This document shows positions 51,586-62,830 of a DNA stretch of 63,509 nucleotides, in pieces. The position numbers were made by a program, and so were the translations under genes. Positions within the stretch are counted from its first letter, which is position 1. Every line of letters starts with the position of its first letter. The stretch is from Octopus bimaculoides (lineage: Eukaryota): the NCBI RefSeq assembly GCF_001194135.2, contig NC_068987.1, positions 85,249,418 through 85,312,926 on the forward strand, in the 5' to 3' direction. The notes under the pieces are model-generated. The model was not told the DNA's origin. It saw only the letters and a list, made by a program, of their open reading frames with translations, and made no database searches.

Positions 51586-52160
51586 TATTCACAGACACGA
51601 CAGAGCCGGGACCTATATACACTGGAAGCTATGCCAACACTATGGAATAACAACAGAAAAAAGATGGTATAAACACACGCCAGAAAAGGTTACAGAAAAC
51701 GAGAAAGCAACCATACTCTGGGATATGCCAATACACACAGATAGAGAAATTAAGGCAAATAGACCAGATATAGTTGTCAAAGATCATGAAGAAAAAAAAT
51801 GCTTTCTAATTGATGTATCAATACCAGCAGATGNNNNNNNNNNNNNNNNNNNNNNNNNNNNNNNNNNNNNNNNNNNNNNNNNNNNNNNNNNNNNNNNNNN
51901 NNNNNNNNNNNNNNNNNNNNNNNNNNNNNNNNNNNNNNNNNNNNNNNNNNNNNNNNNNTAATAAAAAAAATATTCAGACAAATACATAACAAAAACACCA
52001 GGACTTACAAATATATATAACATACAGAAAATTGCACTACTGGGTACTGCACACATTCTACGCAAAACACTTTCAATACAGTAAACATAAGAGCACCACA
52101 GCAAACCACAGCACATACCCAAGGCGCACAGAGCTGCGCTCGGTAGTGAAGTGAAAGCAC

Positions 52161-52164
<4 letters not shown>
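51584..52164 (+). mobile_element. 5'-truncated R4/Dong-clade non-LTR retrotransposon (C-terminal RLE domain plus 3'UTR), interrupted by an assembly gap
   Basis: 51584-51833 reads without stops as YIHRHDRAGTYIHWKLCQHYGITTEKRWYKHTPEKVTENEKATILWDMPIHTDREIKANRPDIVVKDHEEKKCFLIDVSIPAD, which contains the RHD, HW.LC and RPD...D motifs of RLE LINEs. After the gap it continues ...KYSDKYITKTPGLTNIYNIQKIALLGTAHILRKTLSIQ* (stop 52082-52084), the typical R4/Dong C-terminus. It starts directly after an (AAT)n array. Confidence 0.92.
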
Positions 52165-52210
<46 letters not shown>

Positions 52211-52486
52211 CATCATCATCATCATCATCATTATTATTTCTCTTTATCACAGGTTCTGTAGGAGCTTCTGGAGTCTTGCATGCGTATCTGGCTTGCTACC
52301 TGCAGCCTACCGTACCATGCTATCCATTCTTTTCAGCTGTCTAACATTTTCCTGGTTATTTTGGCCGTGCCAAGGGGGCAAACTTTTTGTAACAATTCTA
52401 ATGGGCACTCTATTCCAGTTTCCTTTATATTCCCTTATTCATCTTATTATTATTACTATCATTATTATTTTATTATTATCAAACCC

Positions 52487-52623
52487 CATTCCGCCGAGGT
52501 CGACGTTGCCGTTCATCCTTTCGGGGTCGATAAATGAAGTACAAGTTTCATACTGGGGTCGATCTAATCGACTGGCCCCTTCCCCAAAAATTTCGGGCCT
52601 TGTGCATAGAGTAGAAAGGATTA
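52487..52623 (+). mobile_element. SINE family A, 5'-truncated
   Basis: ATTCCGCCGAGGTCGACGTTGCCGTTCATCCTTTCGGGGTCGATAAATGAAGTAC...GGCCTTGTGCATAGAGTAGAAAGGATTAT. Confidence 0.85.
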
Positions 52624-52788
52624 TCAGACCCTTGTAGCCGATAGAAAAATTATCCTCTTCCTCTTCATTATCATCAACTTTGCTGTTGTTACAATTATTG
52701 CTGATGTTATCATCATCATCATCATCATCGTCATCGTCATTATCATTATTATTTTTTTTTGTTGTTGTTATTGTTGTTATTGTTATTA

Positions 52789-52838
<50 letters not shown>

Positions 52839-54409
52839 TCCACCACCTTTTTATTTTTATTTATCTCTTTATTGTTCTTTTATCTGCCAATGATGAAGCT
52901 TAAAGCCACATGTGTCTGCAGATAAGGTCATCAGATAGTAAAATAAAACTAAAAAAAAAACAAAAACAAGAAAAAAAACAAATGAAACAAAATTTTTTTT
53001 TTAAATTAAAATTACATAAAAAAAAAATAATGGAATATTTCATGTTGATTTGATAGTAACAATTAAAGAATGTTTGAAGAGAAAGGATTTTCCCGGAGAC
53101 GCTCAATGTTCTGAAAAGAAATCCTTGACGCCATCATGGATTTCGTTAAATATTTTTTCAGTAAAGATGTCACTTCATCAATGCGACTTAGCTTAATACA
53201 GTCTTTTTTTTTTATTGGTTGATGGTTTTCATTTCTACTTTATTAGTTTCTGGGCTATTTTTTGTACTATTTTCTTTTCTTAATATGTTATTCTATTTCT
53301 AGATTGAAAATACGATTCCCTCTCGTACTTTTTCCGTTTGTTTTAGTTGAAATTGTTAAGAAATAAAAGAAATAATAACAGGTAAACTCCTTTATCATCA
53401 GTCAATCTTAATCCTTGACGGACAATGGCTAAATGAAATTTAAAAAATAATAATAAATGTAAAATAAAGGATACAAATATAAAGAAAAACAACAAGATAC
53501 TGAAGTTTGAGATGTTTTTGATTGTGAAAAGAGAAAGATATCTTAAGTTTCGCAATCGAGAACCATCAAACAAATATGGCTGATTTGTATAATCTGAATA
53601 TTGGAAAAGGTGAGGAAAAAAGAGACGACAGCAAAATCAGCAGTAAGAGGTACACAAAAAAACAAACGAAAGAAAATAGGTAAATGTGTTATGAAGGAGA
53701 TTGAAAGAGAGATATAGAGAGACAAAAGGAATGACGGCGAGAAGGGGTGAGAGGAAGTGAGACAGAAGAAGAAAGAGAGGGAGAGAGAAAGAGAGAGTTA
53801 AGTTAGTATGGTACATCTGTTGTGAGGGTTAACTGAAGATGAAAGTAAAACTAGAATTAAAATGTAGATGTGAGTGGTGGGGTGGAAAAATACTGAAAAA
53901 TAAAGGAAAAAAACAGAACAGCTAAAAATAAACCCTGCGCAAAAACAGAGCTGTGTGTGATAAAAAGAAAGCTAAGTGCTTGTATGTGTGTTCATATATG
54001 TGTCAGTGAGTGTGTGTATGTGTGTGTATGTATATGTATATAAATGTATTTATTTATATATATGTATATATATATGCATATGTGTATATATATGTATATA
54101 TATATATATATNNNNNNNNNNNNNNNNNNNNNNNNNNNNNNNNNNNNNNNNNNNNNNNNNNNNNNNNNNNNNNNNNNNNNNNNNNNNNNNNNNNNNNNNN
54201 NNNNNNNNNNNNNNNNNNNNNNNNNNNNNNNNNNNNNNTATATAACGTTGACCACTAACGTGGACAATCAATGTGCTAGAAATAGATCACATCTTGTGTC
54301 TATTAAGACCTAAATTGTTCTCAACATGAAATATAGCGGAATACCAAAACGTAAGCGAGCAAGACATTTAAAATCACCGAAAAAAAAACATTATTAAACA
54401 GGGACAGAC

Positions 54410-54467
<58 letters not shown>

Positions 54468-54724
54468 GGAGAGGGAGGCAAATGGGCCTATAGACAGACA
54501 GGCAGACAGACAAATAGAGAGAGATAGGCAACAGAGAAATAGAGTGAGAGAGGTGGGAAGCAGAAAGCGGCTAAAGCCAGGTAATTTTTGTTAATGAACG
54601 ATAAGGCGTTATTTAGAAACGCATAGACAGCAAGATATAGAGGAATTGGAGAGACGAAAGAAGACGAGAGGGAAGGGCAAAAGGAGGAATGCCTTAAAAC
54701 GACTAAAATGCCTTAAAATGACTA

Positions 54725-54872
54725 ATGGTTCAAATTCCGCCGAGGTCGTTTTTGCCCTTCATCCTTTCGTGGTCGATGAATTACGTACCAGGTGTGTACT
54801 GGAGGGTTCATGTAATCGACTTAATCCCACCCCCTCCGAACTTTCTGGCCTTGTGCCAAAATTTGAAACCAG
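54725..54872 (+). mobile_element. SINE family A, 5'-truncated
   Basis: GGTTCAAATTCCGCCGAGGTCG...TTCATCCTTTCGTGGTCGATGAATTACGTACCAG...GGCCTTGTGCCAAAATTTGAAACC. Confidence 0.82.
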
Positions 54873-54928
54873 CATAAAAGAGGAAAGAAATGAAGTCGTA
54901 AGAGTAAATGAAGCAAACCACACTGAAC

Positions 54929-55328
54929 CATCATCGTCATCGGCGTTTAACGTCCGCTTTTCATGCTGACATGCGTTGAACGGTTTGCCTGAGGAGTGGC
55001 TAGACAAGAGACTGCACAAGGCTTCAATCTGATTTGACAGGCTTTCTACAGCTGGATGCCCCTCCTTACGCCAACCACTCCGAATGTGTAGTGGGTGCTT
55101 TTTACGTGCCTCTGGCACGGGGGTCAGTCAGGCGGCACTGGCATCAACCACGCACGAATTGAGCTTTCTACGTTCCAATTGGTCGACACTGGCATCGGTC
55201 ACGCTCGAAAGGTGCTTTTTACGTGCCACTGGCACGGGTGCCAATCGGGCGACACTGTTATCGGCTACGCTCGAATGGGCATTTTGCGTGCCACCGACAC
55301 GGGTGCCAGTCAAGCAGCACTGGCACCG
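54929..55328 (-). mobile_element. SINE family E with an RTE-5'UTR-like motif and three internal tandem units
   Basis: Minus strand contains GGTTGGCGTAAGGAGGGGCATCCAGCTGTAGAAA and ends GCGGACGTTAAACGCCGATGACGATGATG. The unit GTGCTTTTTACGTGCC...GGCACGGG..CAGTCA occurs near 55093, 55211 and 55279. Confidence 0.75.
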
Positions 55329-55708
55329 AATATACTTATTAAATCAAATAATGATTACTAACATTGGTACAAGGTAGAGGGAGTAGTCATGTCGATAGTG
55401 AATAATTTGAGAACTAGCAATAGTATATGACCTGGTCAACAACAAATGAATTTCAATGGAGTTGTGTGACTAGTAACCAGGTTGCAGAACCACAAGGCAC
55501 ATTTTTGACACGTCATACTAAACAATACTGCTAATGTATAAACATGATTGAAAACAATAGTTGGAGTGTATGTGTGTACTTTTATGTATAGGCAAAGACA
55601 CTGATAGAAACAGACATATACAGACATACATGTGTACATACATTCACATACATGCACATACATACATATGTATACTTACACAGAACGCATACACACACAC
55701 ACACACAC

Positions 55709-55744
<36 letters not shown>

Positions 55745-57046
55745 AGGCTTATTCCTTGGTTCCGTTCTCATAATTGTTTCGCTAATCTAATAACAACAAT
55801 ACAAAGTATGTACCCCATAAAACGATTTTTTGCGCATTTGCAGAGAATACCGAACTGTCTTACACAGGATCTTGTTTTTAGGAATTCCCAATAAGTTATG
55901 AATATCCAAATTGAGAAGTCAGTTATGTAATAACATGAAACTAGTTACCCGATAGTATGAATTCAAATAAAGTAGCCTCGAAAAGGGCTTTAATGCGTTC
56001 CCGGAGTATAAAGAACATAAGAGAGGAAATACTAATAAGGTATGTATGCTAATATCGTGAAGCATGTTACGTAGTAACAGACTAATCAGATATGAGATAA
56101 TAACAATTCAAAGTAAATAACTTTGAAAAGGGCTTTTGTGCGTTCCCAGAAAATATTACCCTTAAGGGCGCTAATGTTGGTATATTTGTGAATAAGTCTC
56201 TAACAGAAAATAAGTGGATCTTTTGTTTAGGAAAATGCTATTTACTTGTTTAAGGGTTGTATCGGATAAATTGTGATAATAACTCTAACAGTTCAAATAC
56301 TAAGAAATAAGCATACTCAATTTGATTTACACCAAATGATTTAGGAAAATGAATGGGTTATTTCCCTTGGCTATATGTAAGGATCCCTTCCTGTGGCGAA
56401 TGGGCTATTTCCCTTGGTTTTTTTAAATAAGATATATTAGATATATATAAGGATCCCTTCGAGGAGCACTATTACCGATTTTTTTTTTCAATAATCTGAG
56501 TATGCCATGAGGTTTGCAGACATGAGTCCTACTCACATGTCAGGTTTCATCATTATCGATAAAACGATGTAGAAGGAGTTAGCTAATAACTCCACAAACA
56601 CACCCACAGACAGAATTTCCCACATATGTAGTAGATATATATATGTATGTACATATACGTGTATATATATGTATATGTGTATGTGTGTGTGTGCTTTCGG
56701 TGCGAATGTTTATTTTTTTATTACGGCGCCGTGATTTACAATCCTGCAAATAAAAATAATGGTATTTTTTTTATATAAGCTTAAACCTTATGACGATCAC
56801 CGTGCAATGACTAAAGAAAATAACCTAATAAAGGGGCATATAAGCCCCTCTGTCGAGGGCTTATCATTTTTTCTGCTCTATTTTAACAAAACTGTCCAAC
56901 GAACGGGAACGTGAAACTCTGAGTAACAGCTTTTGTTATATTTCTGCTGCTTTTAAATAAAGCATATTACTCTACCTCTTTTTTTGGCTACTCTTTTTTC
57001 CACCTTGTTTCACATTTATGCGCTTACTCCGGTATATATATATATA

Positions 57047-57102
<56 letters not shown>

Positions 57103-57148
57103 AATATATGTGTATGTACTGTATGTATATTTGTGTATACACACACAC

Positions 57149-57179
<31 letters not shown>

Positions 57180-57524
57180 ATAGAGAAAAGTATATAAGAT
57201 TTCGAACGAGTAAATTTATATTGAAAAAAAATAATAAAAGTAAAATATTTGGAGAGCTGTATCATGGATACAAAAAATAAACGTATTTAGATAGAAATTC
57301 ATCCATCACACACACACACACACACAAACACACACATACACACAAACACACACACACACACGTTTGCTGGCGCTTTTTGCCACTTTTCTTGCAAAGTGAA
57401 ACGTCAAAAATAGTCCATTGCTATTTCTCATTAAAGCAAATCGTTAATCCAACGCCTTCCTAAGACAAGGCAAAGCTTAACCAAGCTGAGCAGGAACAAA
57501 CTCTCGTGGTGGGGAGGGGGTAAC

Positions 57525-57886
57525 AGTAGTGGTGGAGGTGGTAGTGATGGTGTTATTATTATTATGGTAGTAATAGTAGTATTAGTAGTAGTGGTGATGG
57601 TGGTGGTAGTAATAGTAGCGGTGATGGTAGTAGTAGTAGTAGTAGTGGTGGTGGTGGTGGTGGTGGTGGTTTTATTATTATCTTTATGGTAGTAATAGTA
57701 GTAATAGTAGTAGTGGTGGTGGTGATGGTGGTATTGGTGGTGGTAGTAGTAGTGGTGGTCGTGGTGATGGTGGTATTATTATCTTTATGGTAGTAATAGT
57801 AGTAGTGCTGGTGGTGGTGGTGGTGGTGGTGGTGATAATAGTAGCGGTGGTGGTAGTAGTGATATTATTTATTATAGTAGTAAAAG

Positions 57887-57944
<58 letters not shown>

Positions 57945-58000
57945 GGTGGTGGTGGTGATGGTGATGGTAGCTGTAGTAATAGTAGAGGTAATGGTGTTAA

Positions 58001-58050
<50 letters not shown>

Positions 58051-58068
58051 CCAGCAGCAGCAGCAGCA
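57525..58068. repeat. (GTA/GGT/GAT) compound array
   Basis: Read directly from the sequence. Confidence 0.95.
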
Positions 58069-58653
58069 AGGTAGAGATTGAAGAAGGGCTGCATTAGTCA
58101 TAATATCTAACTCATTTTCTTTTCTGTTTCGCTTTTCTTCTTTATTTTTGTTTTTTTTTGTTTTTTGCCTCTCCCCCCATCCCAACCCGACCCACCATTT
58201 TTCTTTTTGGCGAAGAGATGCCATCCGATGTCTTTTACATCAATCATAACGCCATTGCTGATACAAACCACAGCGAAGGCTTGTGTGAACTAATAACTGT
58301 AACCATGGTTATGGCGAAAGAAAAACAATTTACTGCTTTCGAAATCCTATGTAGAAATATGACGTGCGTGTGTGTAAGAATGCATAAGAGTATGTGTGTT
58401 CGTGAGACAGTTTTACAAAGCATGTGTGTTTGTACGTGTGTATGGATATGTACTGCTTGCTGTCTTTAGTGTCACACCAAAGAGAGCTGAGCATTTTAAG
58501 ATGTCTGTTTATATATTCATTAATTTTTATTTATTCATATGTATCTATTTTAATACGATGATGGTGACGTGTCAAACGTATTATAGTGGATATTAATCGC
58601 CTGTCGTGCTACATGTAGTGTGTGGTGGTAGACGGTGGGTTTATACTCTCATA

Positions 58654-58688
<35 letters not shown>

Positions 58689-59747
58689 ATATATGCATAT
58701 ATATAGAGAGAGATCGACAGATACGTACATATATATATATATATATATATANNNNNNNNNNNNNNNNNNNNNNNNNNNNNNNNNNNNNNNNNNNNNNNNN
58801 NNNNNNNNNNNNNNNNNNNNNNNNNNNNNNNNNNNNNNNNNNNNNNNNNNNNNNNNNNNNNNNNNNNNNNNNNNNNNNNNNNNNNNNNNNNNNNNNNNNN
58901 NNNNNNNNNNNNNNNNNNNNNNNNNNNNNNNNNNNNNNNNNNNNNNNNNNNNNNNNNNNNNNNNNNNNNNNNNNNNNNNNNNNNNNNNNNNNNNNNNNNN
59001 NNNNNNNNNNNNNNNNNNNNNNNNNNNNNNNNNNNNNNNNNNNNNNNNNNNNNNNNNNNNNNNNNNNNNNNNNNNNNNNNNNNNNNNNNNNNNNNNNNNN
59101 NNNNNNNNNNNNNNNNNNNNNNNAGAGAGAGAGAGAGAGAGAGACACATACATACATGCACATACACGCATATACATATAGTTTTATTCTTTTGAAAAGA
59201 AAACAACTGAGAGTTTTCTTGTTTCATACCATTGCGATCTTCAGGTGAGAAACTCGGGTCGCCACACATACTCTCACTTTCAGTTTGAATTTAAAAAAAT
59301 GAACATATTTCCTACAAAATACACTGAGAACTCCTCTCTCATTTATTCAGCATAAAACAATGCACACACACACACACACATACATAGACACACGTGTATG
59401 CATACATGTATTTACGTATGTATATGTATGCATGCACACGAAGTACGTTCAGTAATGCTGAATGCAGATATTGGGATTTGAAATCAGAACTTAAAAATGA
59501 AATATGCATCATATTTCTCTGATGCTTCACAAATTCGGCCACTGCCCAATGATATTGATGTATTTTAACTACAAAAAGCAGAAACTAGCATTTCTCAAGG
59601 TCTTTATATAGGCACTCTGCCGTCAACTTTAGGAAAATAGATCAAAGCAAAAAGAAAAAATATATATATAGTGGTATTTTCCATTTTATCAGGAAAGTAA
59701 GGGCATCCCCTATGACTTATATTATTTTAGAGGTTTCTGGTTTTGTA

Positions 59748-59790
59748 GTTGTTGTTGTTGGCACTCCGTCGCTTACGACGTCGAGGGTTC
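59748..59790 (-). mobile_element. SINE family D extreme 3' end, truncated by unrelated sequence
   Basis: GTTGTTGTTGTTGGCACTCCGTCGCTTACGACGTCGAGGGTTCC is followed by an abrupt loss of similarity. Confidence 0.8.
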
Positions 59791-60204
59791 CTGACCTCCC
59801 AATATGCTGCAAATCCCTTATTTTGGTTCGTAAAAAATGAGGTGGAGGGGTCCCCCCCAATCCCGGAATCATTGGAATTTTTTTTTTTTTCATTGAATGA
59901 ATTCCTGTGACCTAATATTGCAAAATTAGGTTACTTAAGGTGAGCCTGGTAACTGATGGTTTTGGGGTCTTGTTTGTAACTTTTGGTGAGCCATAGTGCA
60001 ACCAACAACATAGTAAAATCCCTGCCATCAATTTGGTGTAGATGGGTAATATCAAATAATTCGATCACAACATATATTTAAATCAAACATGAAAAAAATT
60101 GAAATATTATCATCACTTACAGCATTTTATAAGGTAAAATCTTAAATTATTAATTGACACATTATTAATTATCTTATAAAAGCAATGCCTGGAAAAATCA
60201 TGGA

Positions 60205-60749
60205 TTACATGGAAAAATGCGAGCATGAAAAGTAATATTCTTAAGATTATAAATCTGGAAATGTATAGGACAAGTTATTACATCTGTAAAGTCTAAGACA
60301 AGTTATTACACCTGTAAAGTCTAGGACAAGTTATTATTTCTAGTAAAGTAAAGAATAAGAAACATTTTGCTTAAAATATTGAAGCTGAAATTAAAATTTG
60401 AATATCAAAACTGATTTATTATAGTTTACAAATAACACTAAACTTATTTAAGTAGAATTTGACTAATTTACTATCTTAAATACAGAAAAAGTGACTAATT
60501 AGACAAACTTAGAAATTAGCTGAACAGTTTTATGCAATAAATTTAAAAGACAAGAAATGTTAAGAGTGATAAATTAGAAGAACTGGCATTCTTTGCTGCA
60601 ACATTTTAAGTAAAAAGTTTCTTATTCTTTACTTTACTAGAAGTAATAGCTTGTCCTATACTTTTACAGGTGTAATAACTTGTCTTGTATTTTTCCAGGT
60701 TTATAATCTTAAGAATATTACTTTTCATGCTCGCATTTTGCCATGTAAT
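60205..60749. mobile_element. Foldback-type element with ~155-180-bp TIRs containing 28-bp subterminal tandem repeats
   Basis: The left arm begins ATTACATGGAAAAATGCGAGCATGAAAAGTAATATTCTTAAGATTATAAA; the right arm ends with its near-exact reverse complement at 60749. The unit GACAAGTTATTACA(C/T)CTGTAAAGTCTA(A/G) starts at 60269, 60297 and 60325 in the left arm, while the right arm has one unit fewer. Confidence 0.88.
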
Positions 60750-60755
60750 GTGTGT

Positions 60756-60788
<33 letters not shown>

Positions 60789-60932
60789 AGTGTGTGTGTT
60801 TGTGTGTGTGTAAACATCCAGTCTAACAAATTGTTTATCTTATCATTAGTATGTATTTATCATAATTCTTTCGACAACAAGCGAAACGTCAAGAATGTAT
60901 TATAGCAATTCCTGTTATGTACCCACTGCATT

Positions 60933-61032
60933 GTGGATGCGCAATGGCAAAGTGGTTAGGGTAGCGCACTCGCTGTCGTGTGGTCACTGTTTCGATTCCC
61001 AGAACGGGCGTTGGGTTGTTTATTAAGCGCGC
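60933..61032 (+). mobile_element. SINE family D tRNA-derived head
   Basis: GTGGATGCGCAATGGCAAAGTGGTTAGGG...GTTTCGATTCCCAGAACGGGCGTTG matches the reverse complement of the head at the right end of the 8358-8709 copy. Confidence 0.75.
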
Positions 61033-61384
61033 TACTTCTATCCGTTTTCGTTCCGTAACTTTTTGAACTTGCCTTTCTCATTAGATGTCCGTTAAAAAAC
61101 AACTTATGCAGCAACACATGCGTACGTCTATATACACACGAACACACACACATAGTCGCATACACACAAAGTAGCATACACACATACATACGCACTTACA
61201 CACATGCAACTTGAGTGGCAGCAGCCACCGCCGTCGCAACAGCAGTAGCAGTAGCAGCAGTAGTAGTAGCAATTTATAAGCATATTTCTACATCTACACA
61301 TATTGTACATGTCTCTCTCTATATATATTATTTGTGTGTATAATGCACGTGTCTATCTATCTATCTGTCTGTCTGTCAGTCTGA

Positions 61385-61420
<36 letters not shown>

Positions 61421-61506
61421 ATGTCTATCTGTCTATCTAGCTGTCTGCCTGTCTGTCTGTCTGTCCGTCCGTCTATCTATCTGTGTGTGTGTGTGTATCT
61501 ATCTAT

Positions 61507-61542
<36 letters not shown>

Positions 61543-62549
61543 AAATAGTAAATGAGTATATGCATATATACGTACAGGTATGTGCATACCGACATCCACC
61601 TGTATGTATAGGTGCATATCTGGGTACAGGACATTGCAAACAAAACGTAGACAAGAAAACACACAAGGCACATAGAGAACATTCTTCTTCATCAGCTACC
61701 CCCGTTTTAACACCGGCGTTATATATATANNNNNNNNNNNNNNNNNNNNNNNNNNNNNNNNNNNNNNNNNNNNNNNNNNNNNNNNNNNNNNNNNNNNNNN
61801 NNNNNNNNNNNNNNNNNNNNNNNNNNNNNNNNNNNNNNNNNNNNNNNNNNNNNNNNNNNNNNNNNNNNNNNNNNNNNNNNNNNNNNNNNNNNNNNNNNNN
61901 NNNNNNNNNNNNNNNNNNNNNNNNNNNNNNNNNNNNNNNNNNNNNNNNNNNNNNNNNNNNNNNNNNNNNNNNNNNNNNNNNNNNNNNNNNNNNNNNNNNN
62001 NNNNNNNNNNNNNNNNNNNNNNNNNNNNNNNNNNNNNNNNNNNNNNNNNNNNNNNNNNNNNNNNNNNNNNNNNNNNNNNNNNNNNNNNNNNNNNNNNNNN
62101 NNNNNNNNNNNNNNNNNNNNNNNNNNNNNNNNNNNNNNNNNNNNNNNNNNNNNNNNNNNNNNNNNNNNNNNNNNNNNNNNNNNNNNNNNNNNNNNNNNNN
62201 NNNNNNNNNNNNNNNNNNNNNNNNNNNNNNNNNNNNNNNNNNNNNNNNNNNNNNNNNNNNNNNNNNNNNNNNNNNNNNNNNNNNNNNNNNNNNNNNNNNN
62301 NNNNNNNNNNNNNNNNNNNNNNNNNNNNNNNNNNNNNNNNNNNNNNNNNNNNNNNNNNNNNNNNNNNNNNNNNNNNNNNNNNNNNNNNNNNNNNNNNNNN
62401 NNNNNNNNNNNNNNNNNNNNNNNNNNNNNNNNNNNNNNNNNNNNNNNNNNNNNNNNNNNNNNNNNNNNNNNNNNNNNNNNNNNNNNNNNNNNNNNNNNNN
62501 NNNNNNNNNNNNNNNNNNNNNNNNNNNNNNNNNNNNNNNNNNNNNNNNN

Positions 62550-62830
62550 AAAGAAAGAAAGGAAGGAAGAAAGAAAGAAAATATAAAAAGACAAAGGAAG
62601 AAAGTGAGGAGGGAAGAAAAAAGGATAGAAGGAATGAGAAAGAAACAGAGAAAGAATGAATGAAAGAAAGAAAGAAAGGAAGGAAGAAAGAAAGAAAATA
62701 TAAAAAGACAAAGGAAGAAAGTGAGGAGGGAAGAAAAAAGGATAGAAGGAACGAGAAAGAAAGAAACAGAGAAAGAATGAATGGATGAAAGAAAGAAAGG
62801 AAGGAAGAAAGAAGGGAAGGAAGAAAGGAT
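62550..62830 (+). repeat. 117-bp purine-rich minisatellite (about 2 or more units) abutting an ~820-nt gap
   Basis: ATATAAAAAGACAAAGGAAGAAAGTGAGGAGGGAAGAAAAAAGGATAGAAGGAA starts at both 62581 and 62698. Confidence 0.9.

Noticed and set aside
53155-53178. Partial miR-8-like string (CAGTAAAGATGTC)
   Set aside because: The seed region does not match and there is no precursor hairpin. No conserved miRNA was recognised in the window.
57384-57410. TTTT-CTTGCAA-AGT-GAAACGTC-AAAA hammerhead-like geometry
   Set aside because: The core deviates too far from CUGANGA, and the 'helix' is only a T/A homopolymer.
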